A stretch of DNA of 63,022 nt, filler included, from Dimargaris cristalligena (lineage: Eukaryota), in the NCBI GenBank assembly GCA_003614675.1. It is 12 parts of 12 records of this genome, joined end to end, with 100 filler letters (N's around TTAATTAATTAA, not from the genome) between each part and the next. Parts side by side here need not be neighbours in the genome. Positions count along the whole stretch, not along the records: positions 36,921 to 42,071 come from ML003678.1; positions 42,172 to 47,319 come from ML003679.1; positions 47,420 to 52,555 come from ML003680.1; 9 more parts are not named here. One strand, given 5' to 3'. Position numbers and translations under genes: made by a program. The notes under the pieces were generated by a model. That model was not told the DNA's origin, made no database searches, and worked only from the letters and a program-made list of their open reading frames with translations. Shown piece by piece: positions 37,641-48,008 of this stretch. Numbering within the stretch: position 1 is the stretch's first letter; the number at the start of each line of letters is the position of its first letter.

Positions 37641-40600
37641 ATGGCACCAACCAACTTTTCAATCGACCTAGACGATTGGCCAGACGACGAGGAATGCGAA
37701 ACGGCCATGGCGGAGGCCCTGGTGGCTGCTGAACAGCAATTCAGCCGCAGCAATAGTATGCCTGTACCCACCGCTAGCCTACCCCCAACCCCTCCAAGTG
37801 CCCGCGTCAACAACCCACCCGCAGCAGTGTCCGGACCTCAACAGCATTGGAGCTCTGCCAGACCCCTTACTTCGGCAGTCCCAGTAAGTGCCAAGTTGCG
37901 CCAGACCATGCTTTCGTTCGGCTCCTCACAGCCCCCCGGTGGCCGCCGGTCGTTCGATTCTAGCGACTTCCAACAGACTCCCAATTTCAACCCTACCGCG
38001 GTTCCGACGACCAGCTCAGCCTCCTCTTTGGCGCTGCCGCGGACGTCAACTGCTGTCCCCCCTACCAACGCCCCTAAATTGGCCTCCACCACTAGCCAGG
38101 GCGTCCAAATCCAGTTGGTTCCCATCATAGACGGCCCCCACGCTATCGCTCGACTTTGGAACGGCCAAAATGCCGCATCCGGTGAAGACCAGTGTCCCCA
38201 CACCTACGATCCCGAGGCCATTCGAACGTGGATTTTCCCCACCAACTACGCCAAACGCGACTACCAATTCAACATCGTTCAAAAAGCGTTGGCCAAGAAC
38301 ATCCTTGTGGCACTCCCCACCGGTCTCGGTAAAACGCTTATTGCCGCCGTAGTCATGTACAACTTCTACCGCTGGTTCCCCCAGGGCAAAGTTATTTTCA
38401 TGGCCCCTACCAAACCCCTGGTGGCCCAACAGATTGGGGCCTGTTACGAAGTGTGTGGGATACCCCCCGCCGAGACAGTGGAAATGACCGGCTCGCTACC
38501 ACCCAAAACCCGCAAGTCCCTCTGGGATTCCAAGCGGGTGTTTTTTCTCACCCCTCAAGTGCTCCAAAACGACATTCAACGGGAAACGTGCCCATCCAGC
38601 GACGTGGTGTGTTTGGTCGTGGACGAGGCCCATCGGGCATCAGGTAACCACGCTTACTGTGAAGTGGTTCGCGAACTCACGCTCCGGAATCCCCATTTTC
38701 GGATACTGGCACTGACCGCTACCCCCGGGCAGGATAATGACATAGTACAGGCCCTTATCAACAACCTACGTATTTCGATGATTGAATTGCGGACGGAACA
38801 GTCTGCCGATATCGTCAAGTACCTCCACGGTCGGACAGTGGATACCGTTAATGTGCCCTTCGACGACTCCCTTCGCCGTATTCGGAGTGATTTGGCCAGA
38901 CTGATTACTACCTACGTGGCGCAGCTACCCGGTAGCGGTTTACCCACAGATGGGACCCGGGTCTCTCCTTACCAAGTTCAGTTGGCCCGCACTCGCTCCC
39001 GTCAGCGTCTGAGTGGACCCGCCCAAATCAACCAAATGAGGTGGGCTGAAGCCCTTTTCGCCGTTGTGTCTAACCTTAGTCGCGCTATGCAATTGCTTAG
39101 TTACCACGGCGTCCGCTGTGGACACGCCTGCTTGGAAACTGCGCGGACCGAAGCTATGGAAGGCCCCCGACCCCCGTCCAAAACGAAACGGGAACTCTAC
39201 GAAGGTCCCATGTTTCGGGGCCTCATGACCCAGATGCAAGAACACTTGAAAGACCCCGCCCGGTACAGCCATCCCAAGTTGGCCCGACTAGAAAGTATCA
39301 TTCTCGACCACTTTTCCCGTGACGACATTGTCGCATCCTTACCCGCCGGTCAGTCAACGGCTGCCTCTTCGCCTACTACGACGAGCACCACGACTCGGGT
39401 GATGATTTTCTCTCAGTTCCGTGAATCGGTTGAGGAGATCGTATCGCTGCTCTCCCACCACAGCCCCTTGCTACGAGTCATGTCGTTTGTAGGTCAATCA
39501 ACGGGAAAAACCGGTAAAGGTCTATCCCAGAAACAGCAATTGGAAATCATCCGGCAATTCAAGTCGGGTAACTACAACACCTTGGTGGCTACCAGTATTG
39601 GGGAGGAGGGGCTGGACATTGGCGAAGTGGATTTGATCATCTGCTTTGATACCCAGGGCTCGTCTATCCGCCTATTACAACGCATGGGCCGAACAGGTCG
39701 AAAACGCCAGGGTCGAATCGTGGTCCTACTGGCCGAAGACGGGGAGGAGGCTCTGTTCAAGCGGTCCCAACAGACCTACCAAAAAGTTCAGGAGGGCATC
39801 ATGTCCCGTAAATGGGACCTAGCCTTTTGCCGGGATAGTCCCCGGATGCTGCCGGCCCCCGTCATCCCTGAATGCAGTGAACAAGCTCTCGATATCCTCA
39901 AAATAGTAACCCCGCCTCCAAAGAAACGGCGGGCTCGTAATAGGGCCGTGGCAACTACTTCCAGTATATTACCTACTATCGATGAGCCTCTCGGAAGCTC
40001 CGACCTGGATACTATGGAGTGCGAACGTAGGGGCAAGACTGAGCGCCCAAACGGAACGGCCCAGAATGATACCCTTATTCGGTCAGGAAAGGCGGGTACC
40101 ACAACAACGCTACCGGGTAAACGAAGGCGCCAGCCACTGGCTGTTTCGGCCCACAACTCGACTATTCCTTCGGCGTTGGCCCCGAACCGACCAAGTCCAC
40201 CTGCTGCTTTGGATAGTGATGATGACCTGGCTTTTCTGCTGCCCGATGTCGATTTGAATGATTTGACCCTGCACCGAGGTATGTGATTCAAAGGATTCTA
40301 TCTATATATAGTCCACTCGTTTAGCATGCGGCCTCGATTGGCAGCTTTGCACTACTTCATAGTATTTCCTACACCCATTCTGCCACCTTCGTTTTAATAT
40401 AAACCTGGCCAGTTGTACAGTCCTTGGTGCCCTCTAATTTACACTCGTGGTTACTCTTACTATTTTACCATTTAACCACGAATCTTTCATCTATGTCCCC
40501 AGCCTAATTGAACCCCACTCTTTTTTGCAAATTATCTGACCGTGCATCCGACCGCGTTTTTAGGACCACTGGCGGGCTCCCCGGTCGCCCCTACAGTGAA

Positions 40601-41372
40601 AAACGAACCCAATGGTACAATGACCCCGGCCTATGAGTCCCAGCCCATGGATGGACTCAACCTCGGTAGCTGGCCGGAAGATGGTGATGATTGGGACGAC
40701 CTTGTTGATTATGTACCGCCCCTCTCACCTAGCTATAAACCGGCTGATTGCAAAACCGCCAACTCGATGCTGGGCGATTCTAGTATAGTCATTTTAAGTG
40801 ACGACGAACTTCGGTGGGACTATGACGACGATGATGCTGAGGACAGCGAGAGCGCTTTTAGTCGAGTCCCCCAGTATATGGCTGATCCAGCAGTTCCTTG
40901 TAAAAGCCCACCACCAGCTCAGATTGACCCTCACCAATCTCCCTTGGACCATCAGATACAGGGCGACATGGGCACCACTGCTGTCCCACTTGGGAGTCCA
41001 TCTTCGATATCTCGACTTAATAACATCTGGGACCAAATCCACGCGGAATCAAGTAACCAAATGGCAGCTATTCCATCGCCCCTACCTTTGCCATTTGCAG
41101 ATGATCACTTTGTATATTTAGCACCCTACCAATTTTTGACACCCTCATTTCGGTTCCACTCACTTCTTGCTTCTTTACCTTCCCTAAAACTGGACACTTC
41201 TTCTTTGCTGGTTAATGATGCTAATCAAGCCAATATATATCCCCGAAACTTCAGTGACCAGCCAAATGGCCCTACGGAACTGATTCCGTGTATTACTACT
41301 ATAGACCCGGATTGCGAAATAGGTGCACAAGCTGTTCAACCTAACTGCCAAAACGGGGATCCATTTGAATAA
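37641..41372 (+). CDS. MPH1: Mph1/FANCM DEAH-box DNA helicase; exons 37641-40278 and 40564-41372
   Basis: PTNYAKRDYQFNIV, LPTGLGKT, APTKPLVAQQ, DEAHRASG, LTATPG, HPKL, ATSIGEEGLDIGEVD, QRMGRTGRKR. A GTATGT...CTGAC...TTTTAG phase-1 intron joins the low-complexity exon 2 in frame. Confidence 0.95.
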
Positions 41373-41921
41373 CTAAAACATACATCTCATATCCTCTACA
41401 TGGCCAATAACCCATCCCCATTAAACGTTACCATTACTAACAATTGGAACAGGCATGGAACCACCTAATTAATAAAAATGGGCACCCAAAGGTACAAAAT
41501 AATGATGGTGGAAGCAGAACCACATCAATATATATATATATATAATATAAAAATGGGTGGTTTTCTAAGCTGACCTACCCTCTATTATGTTACTGCTATA
41601 TTTTAATAAAGGCAGATGCCTCTCTAAAATGGGATACTAACCCACTACTATGTCTATGTTCATGAGTTTGTTATAGGTGCTACTGATATATCAAAATCAC
41701 ACCTGTTCTATATTACTTAGTACAATTTATGGCTGCCCCTATTTATGTACTCCCAAGAAGTATGCCTGTGTTTAGATCCAATCTATATTTAATCATTATG
41801 GCTCACAAAATGCTGGCAATCCCATAAGTCATTATCCACTATTTGAATCTAATCAGATATAATATATATACAATAATTTAATGTGTAATATGGTAAATAT
41901 AATAAATATTTACAATGTGGA

Positions 41922-42071
41922 TGTGATGTTTTACGACCCTTGTCTAACGCACATAATATTACTGGTGTGTCCCTTCGCGTCTCCTTAATTATCATTCGGC
42001 AGTTCGAGTCATTGCTGCTTTGCATTACTCTGGGTTACCCCAGCCCAACCACAACACGCCATAATTGTGTC
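41922..42071 (+). repeat. Repeat family C terminus (probable LTR end), right copy
   Basis: Begins TGTGATG; inverted copy of 36921-37070. Confidence 0.9.
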
Positions 42072-42449
42072 NNNNNNNNNNNNNNNNNNNNNNNNNNNNN
42101 NNNNNNNNNNNNNNNTTAATTAATTAANNNNNNNNNNNNNNNNNNNNNNNNNNNNNNNNNNNNNNNNNNNNATGACCATACTTGTCAGGGGCAGGGGCAG
42201 GGGCTCATTCACTCATCAGGGGCGTAGTTCCGATAAGTGCGAAAAATGGATTAAAAATAAAAGTAGGTAAAAAATGTGGTAAGTTTACCACACTGGGGCT
42301 TATATGGCCTCTACCCAACTGCCCACGGCAGCACAGCTAACAGGGCCACTGCCCATGGCAAATGTGCTGAGATTACATTTACATCCCCAGTAAGTCTTTA
42401 CACCTCCTTGACTGTTTTTTTTGGGGGGGGTATGTCTTGGAGATCCCAT

Positions 42450-44745
42450 ACCCAATTATTGGGGACCAACCACTTCCCTCCTTGGGACTAGCAGTAGCCT
42501 AGGATTTTGACATCAGTTATCCCCATGAACTCGCTTTTAGGTATATTCATAGTGAGTCCCCAGTCACTTAGGGTTTGTATTGGTCATCCCATGTCTTGTA
42601 TATGTGAGTCCCGATCCCCTGTGATACTCTTGATGTATATGTTATCAATATACTCTAACCACTTTCCCTTTCAGTCTGATACTAATCCCAACACATGTTT
42701 GAGGAGGGCATGGGCTATAGCAGGGCTCTGGCTATTGCCTTGGACCAGCTGAGTGGCATAAACTCTTCTGTGGCTTCCCCTGTCGAAGGTCCAGAAGTCC
42801 CAGGAACTTGGGTTGATCCTAATCTGGGTGAAATATGATGCCAGGTCCATGCTGGTGATGATTATGGCATTGGATGTAAATGCTCACACTTCCAACAGCC
42901 TGGGCAAGTGCGTACCAAGTGAGTACATATTGATGGTACTCCCTAGACTGTCATCTAGGATTACTCATCATACCTCAGTGTTTGGCTTAGGTAGGCTATA
43001 CATGGGAAGGTTAGCATGGGCATATCTGGGCTCATCTATTCCATATTTCAGCCTATCTCTAATGAATATTTCCATGAATGCACAATCAGCCTAGCTACGT
43101 GGGGCCTGCAGCACATAGAGCAGTTGGGCCTCCTCCCTTAGAGGGGGCCAAATGGGTCTTATGTAACATGGTAGTAGGCAGTTAGGGGGGTATTCCTGGA
43201 GTGCTTATACCCCCTTCATGAGTACAGCTAATAATTTATCTCTTTCTATTAATGATGTTCCCTGTGTCTGCAGTCTTGACTTCACACTGCTTTGATCCAG
43301 TGTGGCATATAATTGTTCAGCCTATTTAAACTTATTATCTTCACTTGGGTTGATTCAGGAGAATGTGCTTGGGCTTAGGCCCCGCTACCATCACACCTCA
43401 GTTTGTTTTACACCAGCTTCTTGTTCTGTCCTATGAGACTCACTCACACCTGTTGTCTGTCCCTTTCACAGGGTTTCCCAGTCTATCGGTATCACCTGAA
43501 CCAGGGCTAGTTCTATGCCTTTGAGGTCCCAGCTTCCCACTAACATTTCAATTTCTGATTCAGTATTGAAAACAGTCAGTTTAAGCCAACACTTCCTTGT
43601 TTATTTGTTAGTCAAGAATAGTCCCTGGTAAACACCCTTAGTTGCTAGTCTTGGGGTTCCCCCAAAGGTGTGCAGTGGGGGGTACTTACTGGGGTCAATT
43701 CTCAGCTGCAGTCAGGTAGTGGCTTTCCATGTGATGATGCTAACCACTAATCCCTGATTGGCAGTGGCTATAACTGATTTCTTTCCTAGTGTCACTCCCC
43801 AGAGGAGGCACCAATGGGGGCTTATGTCTTCAGTAGAGTTAAGGTAAGGCATAATAGCATCTTTATTAATATTAACTACAGCCACTTCCTTATGCCTCTC
43901 CTCCACCTCTACTCTTTTCCCTGGTGTTTGTATTTATTGAGCTTTGCTTGGAGCTTAGCCATCATGGTGCAGTCCCGGTCCCAGTGGTGCTTTACTTGTC
44001 CCTCAGGCTTAGGTGCCTGTCGGGGATTAGCAGTGGCCTTCTCTTAGTTTGCTTGATGACCGGTTAGTGGGCTGTCTCATTTGTTGTGGGGCAATTTGAC
44101 TGCCCAGGTGGCCCACTGTTTCCTGGCCTGGGCTAGTTGGTGTGCTTCCCTTTTCTGATTACAGAGGATTTCCTTCTTGATCAGGTTCAGGTGTTCCCAG
44201 AATTGGGCCCTCTCCTTCAGTTTGTTGTATTCCCAAAGGTTGTTTGTGGCTTAGTTCAGCTGGTCCTAGAATTCAGTTATCAGGGTGTTCAGGACCCTAG
44301 TACACCAGGTGCTGCTTCCTCCATAGTGGTTCATGGCCATTTGGGCCCATGCCTTTGCTATGTGAATGTTCATCCTGACAAACAGGGTGCCTTGGTATAC
44401 CTCAGTCATGAAGAAGTTCGCCCAGAGTTCCACTGGGTATTGTGGGGTCATGTATTCCTTGAGGCTCTTATAGTTTCCAATCTCAGCCAGGGGCAGGTCC
44501 CTTTTCAGGTTTGGGTGGAACAGGGTGATTATGATCTAATAGTGGGTAGTTGGTGGACAGTTAGGTTGCAGGTCATCTATGTGCTTGGTGACTGTGGCTA
44601 ACCATACCTCCCAGGTTGGTCCTTCTTGGCTTCCATCAAACATCAGTGTAAGGTGTCAAATTTCTTCTGTCATGTTCATGCTTATGGGTATGAAGACCAG
44701 GGCTGGTTCTACATCCATGTTGACTTTGTTACCAGGTTTACTCAT
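42450..44745 (-). pseudogene. Degenerate LTR-retrotransposon gag-protease-RT (Ty3/Gypsy-like order)
   Basis: Minus-strand translation gives Gag-like FDG...WL..V and a HWDRDC knuckle half, protease-like ATANQGLVVSII, and RT SMDLASYFTQI...LVQGNSQSPAIA...EYIDN (42641-42652)...KSEF...ILG. Many stops. Confidence 0.75.
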
Positions 44746-44798
44746 GATGGATAGATGGACGGGTGATTAAAGCAAATAGGTGTTTTAATAAAAAGTTT

Positions 44799-45066
44799 TG
44801 TAATAGGGTTATGGTAGACCATGGGTTTACCAATTATATTTTGATCTGAGGGGGGATAGGTGGAATTTGAGCAATTCCAAAGGAGGTAAATTAGTTATGA
44901 GTAAAATTAGCATTTTATTGAAACACAATCTTTTCCCAATTCCTGGGTTAGCCTAATTATTTTATACTCTTAGTTCATTTATAGTTTCTGTGATGATGGC
45001 TATTGTGCTCACTTTGCTCAGTATGGGCCCGGATAGGTTTTGGTCACGTGGCAGTAGGGGTTGTCA
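44799..45066 (-). mobile_element. Probable 5' LTR of the Ty3-like element
   Basis: TG...CA bounded (TGACAA...TTACA on minus), with minus-strand TATAAA then AATAAA. It lies just upstream of gag and abuts the truncated DIRS RT. No second LTR on the contig. Confidence 0.5.
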
Positions 45067-46292
45067 AGATGGGGATTCATTGTGCAGTTGCAGTTACTAC
45101 CATTTAGCATTACTATGGCCCCCCAGGTCTTTTCATGCATTATGAAAGTGGCTATCAAATCATTACATACCTGGGGGATTATCCTATCCTATTACCTGGA
45201 TGACATTGCCATCATATCACCCACTCACTCATAGGCCCAGGCTGATCTGGCTATAGTACTTGATCATCTCTAAATACTGAGATTTCCCATTAACTGGAAG
45301 AAGTCAGTCCTTACTCCAGCCTAAGTCATGGAATTTCTGGGTATGACCATCAATACCCAGCAAATAAAGGTTATATTACCTCTAAGGAAATGCAAATTGA
45401 TTCAGTGGGTATGTAGGTACTTGAAAACTAAATCACTACTAGCCCGGAAGGTGGCCTTAGTCCTGGGAACATTGATGTTAACCCTGCCAGCTATTCCCAA
45501 TGGATTAATCTATCTGTGGGAATTACAACAATATCTCATCAGGCAGAACAAAACCTGGAAAGAATTAATCACTCTTACCCTAGTGGCAATCCAGGAACTC
45601 GACTGGTGGTATCACCAGGCCCAGCTCAACATGGGGAAGCCAGTACATCTCCCCAATACAACCACTATGGCCATCTATACCAATGTATTGGACACTGGGT
45701 ATAGAATAGTAGTCCCAGAATTACATCAAGCAGGGCTTTAGAACCCAGAGGAACAGCTGATGTCCAGCAACTGGAAGGAACTGTGGGTAGCCTATTTGGC
45801 CTTAATCCAGTTACCCCCATAGGTCCACTATCAGGCAGTACTATTGAAAACTGACAATACTACTGTCCTGAAATATATTAACTACCAGGGTGGGACCCGG
45901 GTCCCAGCCCTCCAATCTCTAGCCCTCAAAATTAACAACAAACTGGTGTACAAAAATTTAACATTAATGGTGACCCATATTCTGGGGATAATCAACCCCG
46001 AGGCTGATCAATTGAGTCATCAGGTACCAGCATACCATGAAATGCAGCTACCCCACTGGGTATTCCATCCACTAAACCAGTGGTGGGGTCCATTCAACAT
46101 CAACCTGTTTGCCAGTCCCATCAACCACCAGTTGACCAGGTACTACCACTTATACCACACGGATGACAGTTTACCAAAGGACGTGTACCAGTACCCTTGG
46201 CCTCAGGAAAATGGTTATATATTTCTACCCTGGAACCAGGTCCACTGAGTAATTAGTCAGGTCTACCAGGAAAAGACAACCCTAGTCCTCAT
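45067..46292 (+). pseudogene. Degenerate DIRS1-type pol: RT - RNase H - Dam-like methyltransferase domain
   Basis: LPFSITMAPQVF, YLDD (45193-45204), INWKKSVLTP, EFLG, ELDWW, IYTNVLDTG (from TDAS), NWKEL, TDNTTVLKYINYQGGT, HILGIINPEADQLS, WGPFNINLFAS, YIFLPW. In-frame stops. Confidence 0.92.
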
Positions 46293-46514
46293 TATTGAAG
46301 AATATATTCCTATGTGTTCTTTATCCTATCCTATTTTCATCCAATTATGTTAGTTTATTCTGCTATCATGAGATCATTCATATTAGCTACTTACATTTTA
46401 CCCCACAGAAAATTACAGTTCAATAAAACTAACCACCTAGAGGCACCTACTATCCTCTAGCTGCTTTCTTCCCTTTCTTCCAGTTTTATTTCCTTTAAGT
46501 CCTTAGTATTCTAA
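46293..46514 (+). mobile_element. Repeat family B copy (probable LTR) interrupting the DIRS pol
   Basis: Matches 26172-26313; the DIRS frame stops exactly at its left edge. Right end approximate; no TSD seen. Confidence 0.65.
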
Positions 46515-46519
46515 CTGCC

Positions 46520-47100
46520 ATGGCTTCCTGTATTTCCCTGAGCTATTTGGGCCAACAGACACTGTTGGAATTATTGTTCATCTACTCATTCCAACTGTTC
46601 TTCAATAGCTGTACTAAAGAGGAAGTCCTGGTTTTCATTCACAATGAAAGGGACCTACTGTTAGAGTTTGCTAGGGAGTTTAATGGCCTTGACAGCCTGA
46701 CAGTGGCATTCAGTTATACACTCCATGAAAAAGTGGAGCTGGAAGTTGAACAAGTGGGCCAAATGATTACGGATGGATGTAGGGTCTTCCCTTTTATCAA
46801 TTGATTGCACCAGGTTGCTGATGGCTTAGATATTGTGTCCAAAGTATTGCTAGAATCTTGACAGGGTTTTGTCAATGGATATATTAGTTTGTGCCATTTT
46901 AATAGCCACAAAAGGGTTGAGGTGTGGTAGTTTAGTAACCAGTGCTGGGCACCATGGTCCTTATTGAATGGACTGATTAACCCAGTTACTGTTGGCCAGG
47001 TGGAGGATATGGTGTTCCTCAATACATTGTGTAAGGTACTCCAGGATTTGGAACTCCTCCGTGGTATAGGTAAGGACATGGGGGGCCACATTGTCAAGTT
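46520..47100 (-). pseudogene. Degenerate ORF, possibly DIRS gag-like
   Basis: A stop-riddled but protein-like minus frame (IDKTLSRF*QYF...AISNLV...AVKAIKLPSKL...DFLFS..IEEQL). Family assignment is by resemblance only. Confidence 0.4.
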
Positions 47101-47419
47101 ATGTGTTAATCGGATTGTTAATTTAAATATCAGAATCTTCTATATATATATATATAAATAGGTAATGTTTTTATTTTTTGTAAAGAAAGTGTCGCCCCTC
47201 CTAATCCGTCCTAATCCAACCGACATGACCACCGTCATATCAGGCCGTATAGTGCCATAGTGTACCCCCCGGCCCTAACCAGGCCGAACATCATTGATAG
47301 CCCCTTAACCGGCCAGGCCNNNNNNNNNNNNNNNNNNNNNNNNNNNNNNNNNNNNNNNNNNNNTTAATTAATTAANNNNNNNNNNNNNNNNNNNNNNNNN
47401 NNNNNNNNNNNNNNNNNNN

Positions 47420-47537
47420 CTATGGCAGTCTATTATTATAGTTGTAGGCTGTTACTATGACAGTCTGTTATTATGGTTGTAGGTTGTTACTATGACAGTC
47501 TGTTATTATGGTTATAGGCTGTTACTATGGCAGTCTG
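47420..47537 (+). repeat. 35-bp tandem repeat, ~3.4 units, running off the contig start
   Basis: Units begin at 47420, 47455, 47490 and 47525; consensus CTATGRCAGTCTRTTATTATRGTTRTAGGYTGTTA. Confidence 0.9.
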
Positions 47538-48008
47538 AGATTATGTATTTGGATTTGACTAACCTATTTATCATAATCATGACTTTGCTATTCTTTGCTG
47601 TTATTAGAATCACCTATTAACTCCACTCTGCTAAGGTGAGTGACCATAGTAGTTGGTATGATTAGTCATAGGAAATGCTATTACTTTGAAAGTCTTTGGT
47701 TTCTTTTTACAAAAGTCTTATTCTTTGAAAGCCTTTGGTTTTTTTAAAAGGTCTTAATCTTATAATATCTTTAGCTTTTAAAGTCTTAGGCAATTTTTTA
47801 TCATAATGTATTCAATTAGTCTATTATTATTATGATAGTCTATATAATTAGTACTCTTAGTTAGAAATCACCCATCTCTATAATATTTTATTATCATGGT
47901 AGACTAGTACTATGTTAGATTATTTAATAGTAGTCTATTGTAATGATATTCAAATTTAGTAATATTATCTACAATTACCTATACCCTGATATTATTCACT
48001 CTTTTTAG

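Noticed and set aside
27398-41372. MCM2 + RhoGEF + MPH1 as a DNA-metabolism gene cluster
   Set aside because: Each gene is on a different contig separated by linkers.
36921-42071. The 150-bp inverted repeats as TIRs of a DNA transposon that captured MPH1
   Set aside because: The defined TG/CA termini face inward, the outer ends are cut by the assembly, and no transposase or TSD is visible.
47420-47537. 35-bp repeats as a CRISPR array
   Set aside because: Units are contiguous with no spacers, the context is eukaryotic, and there are no cas genes.
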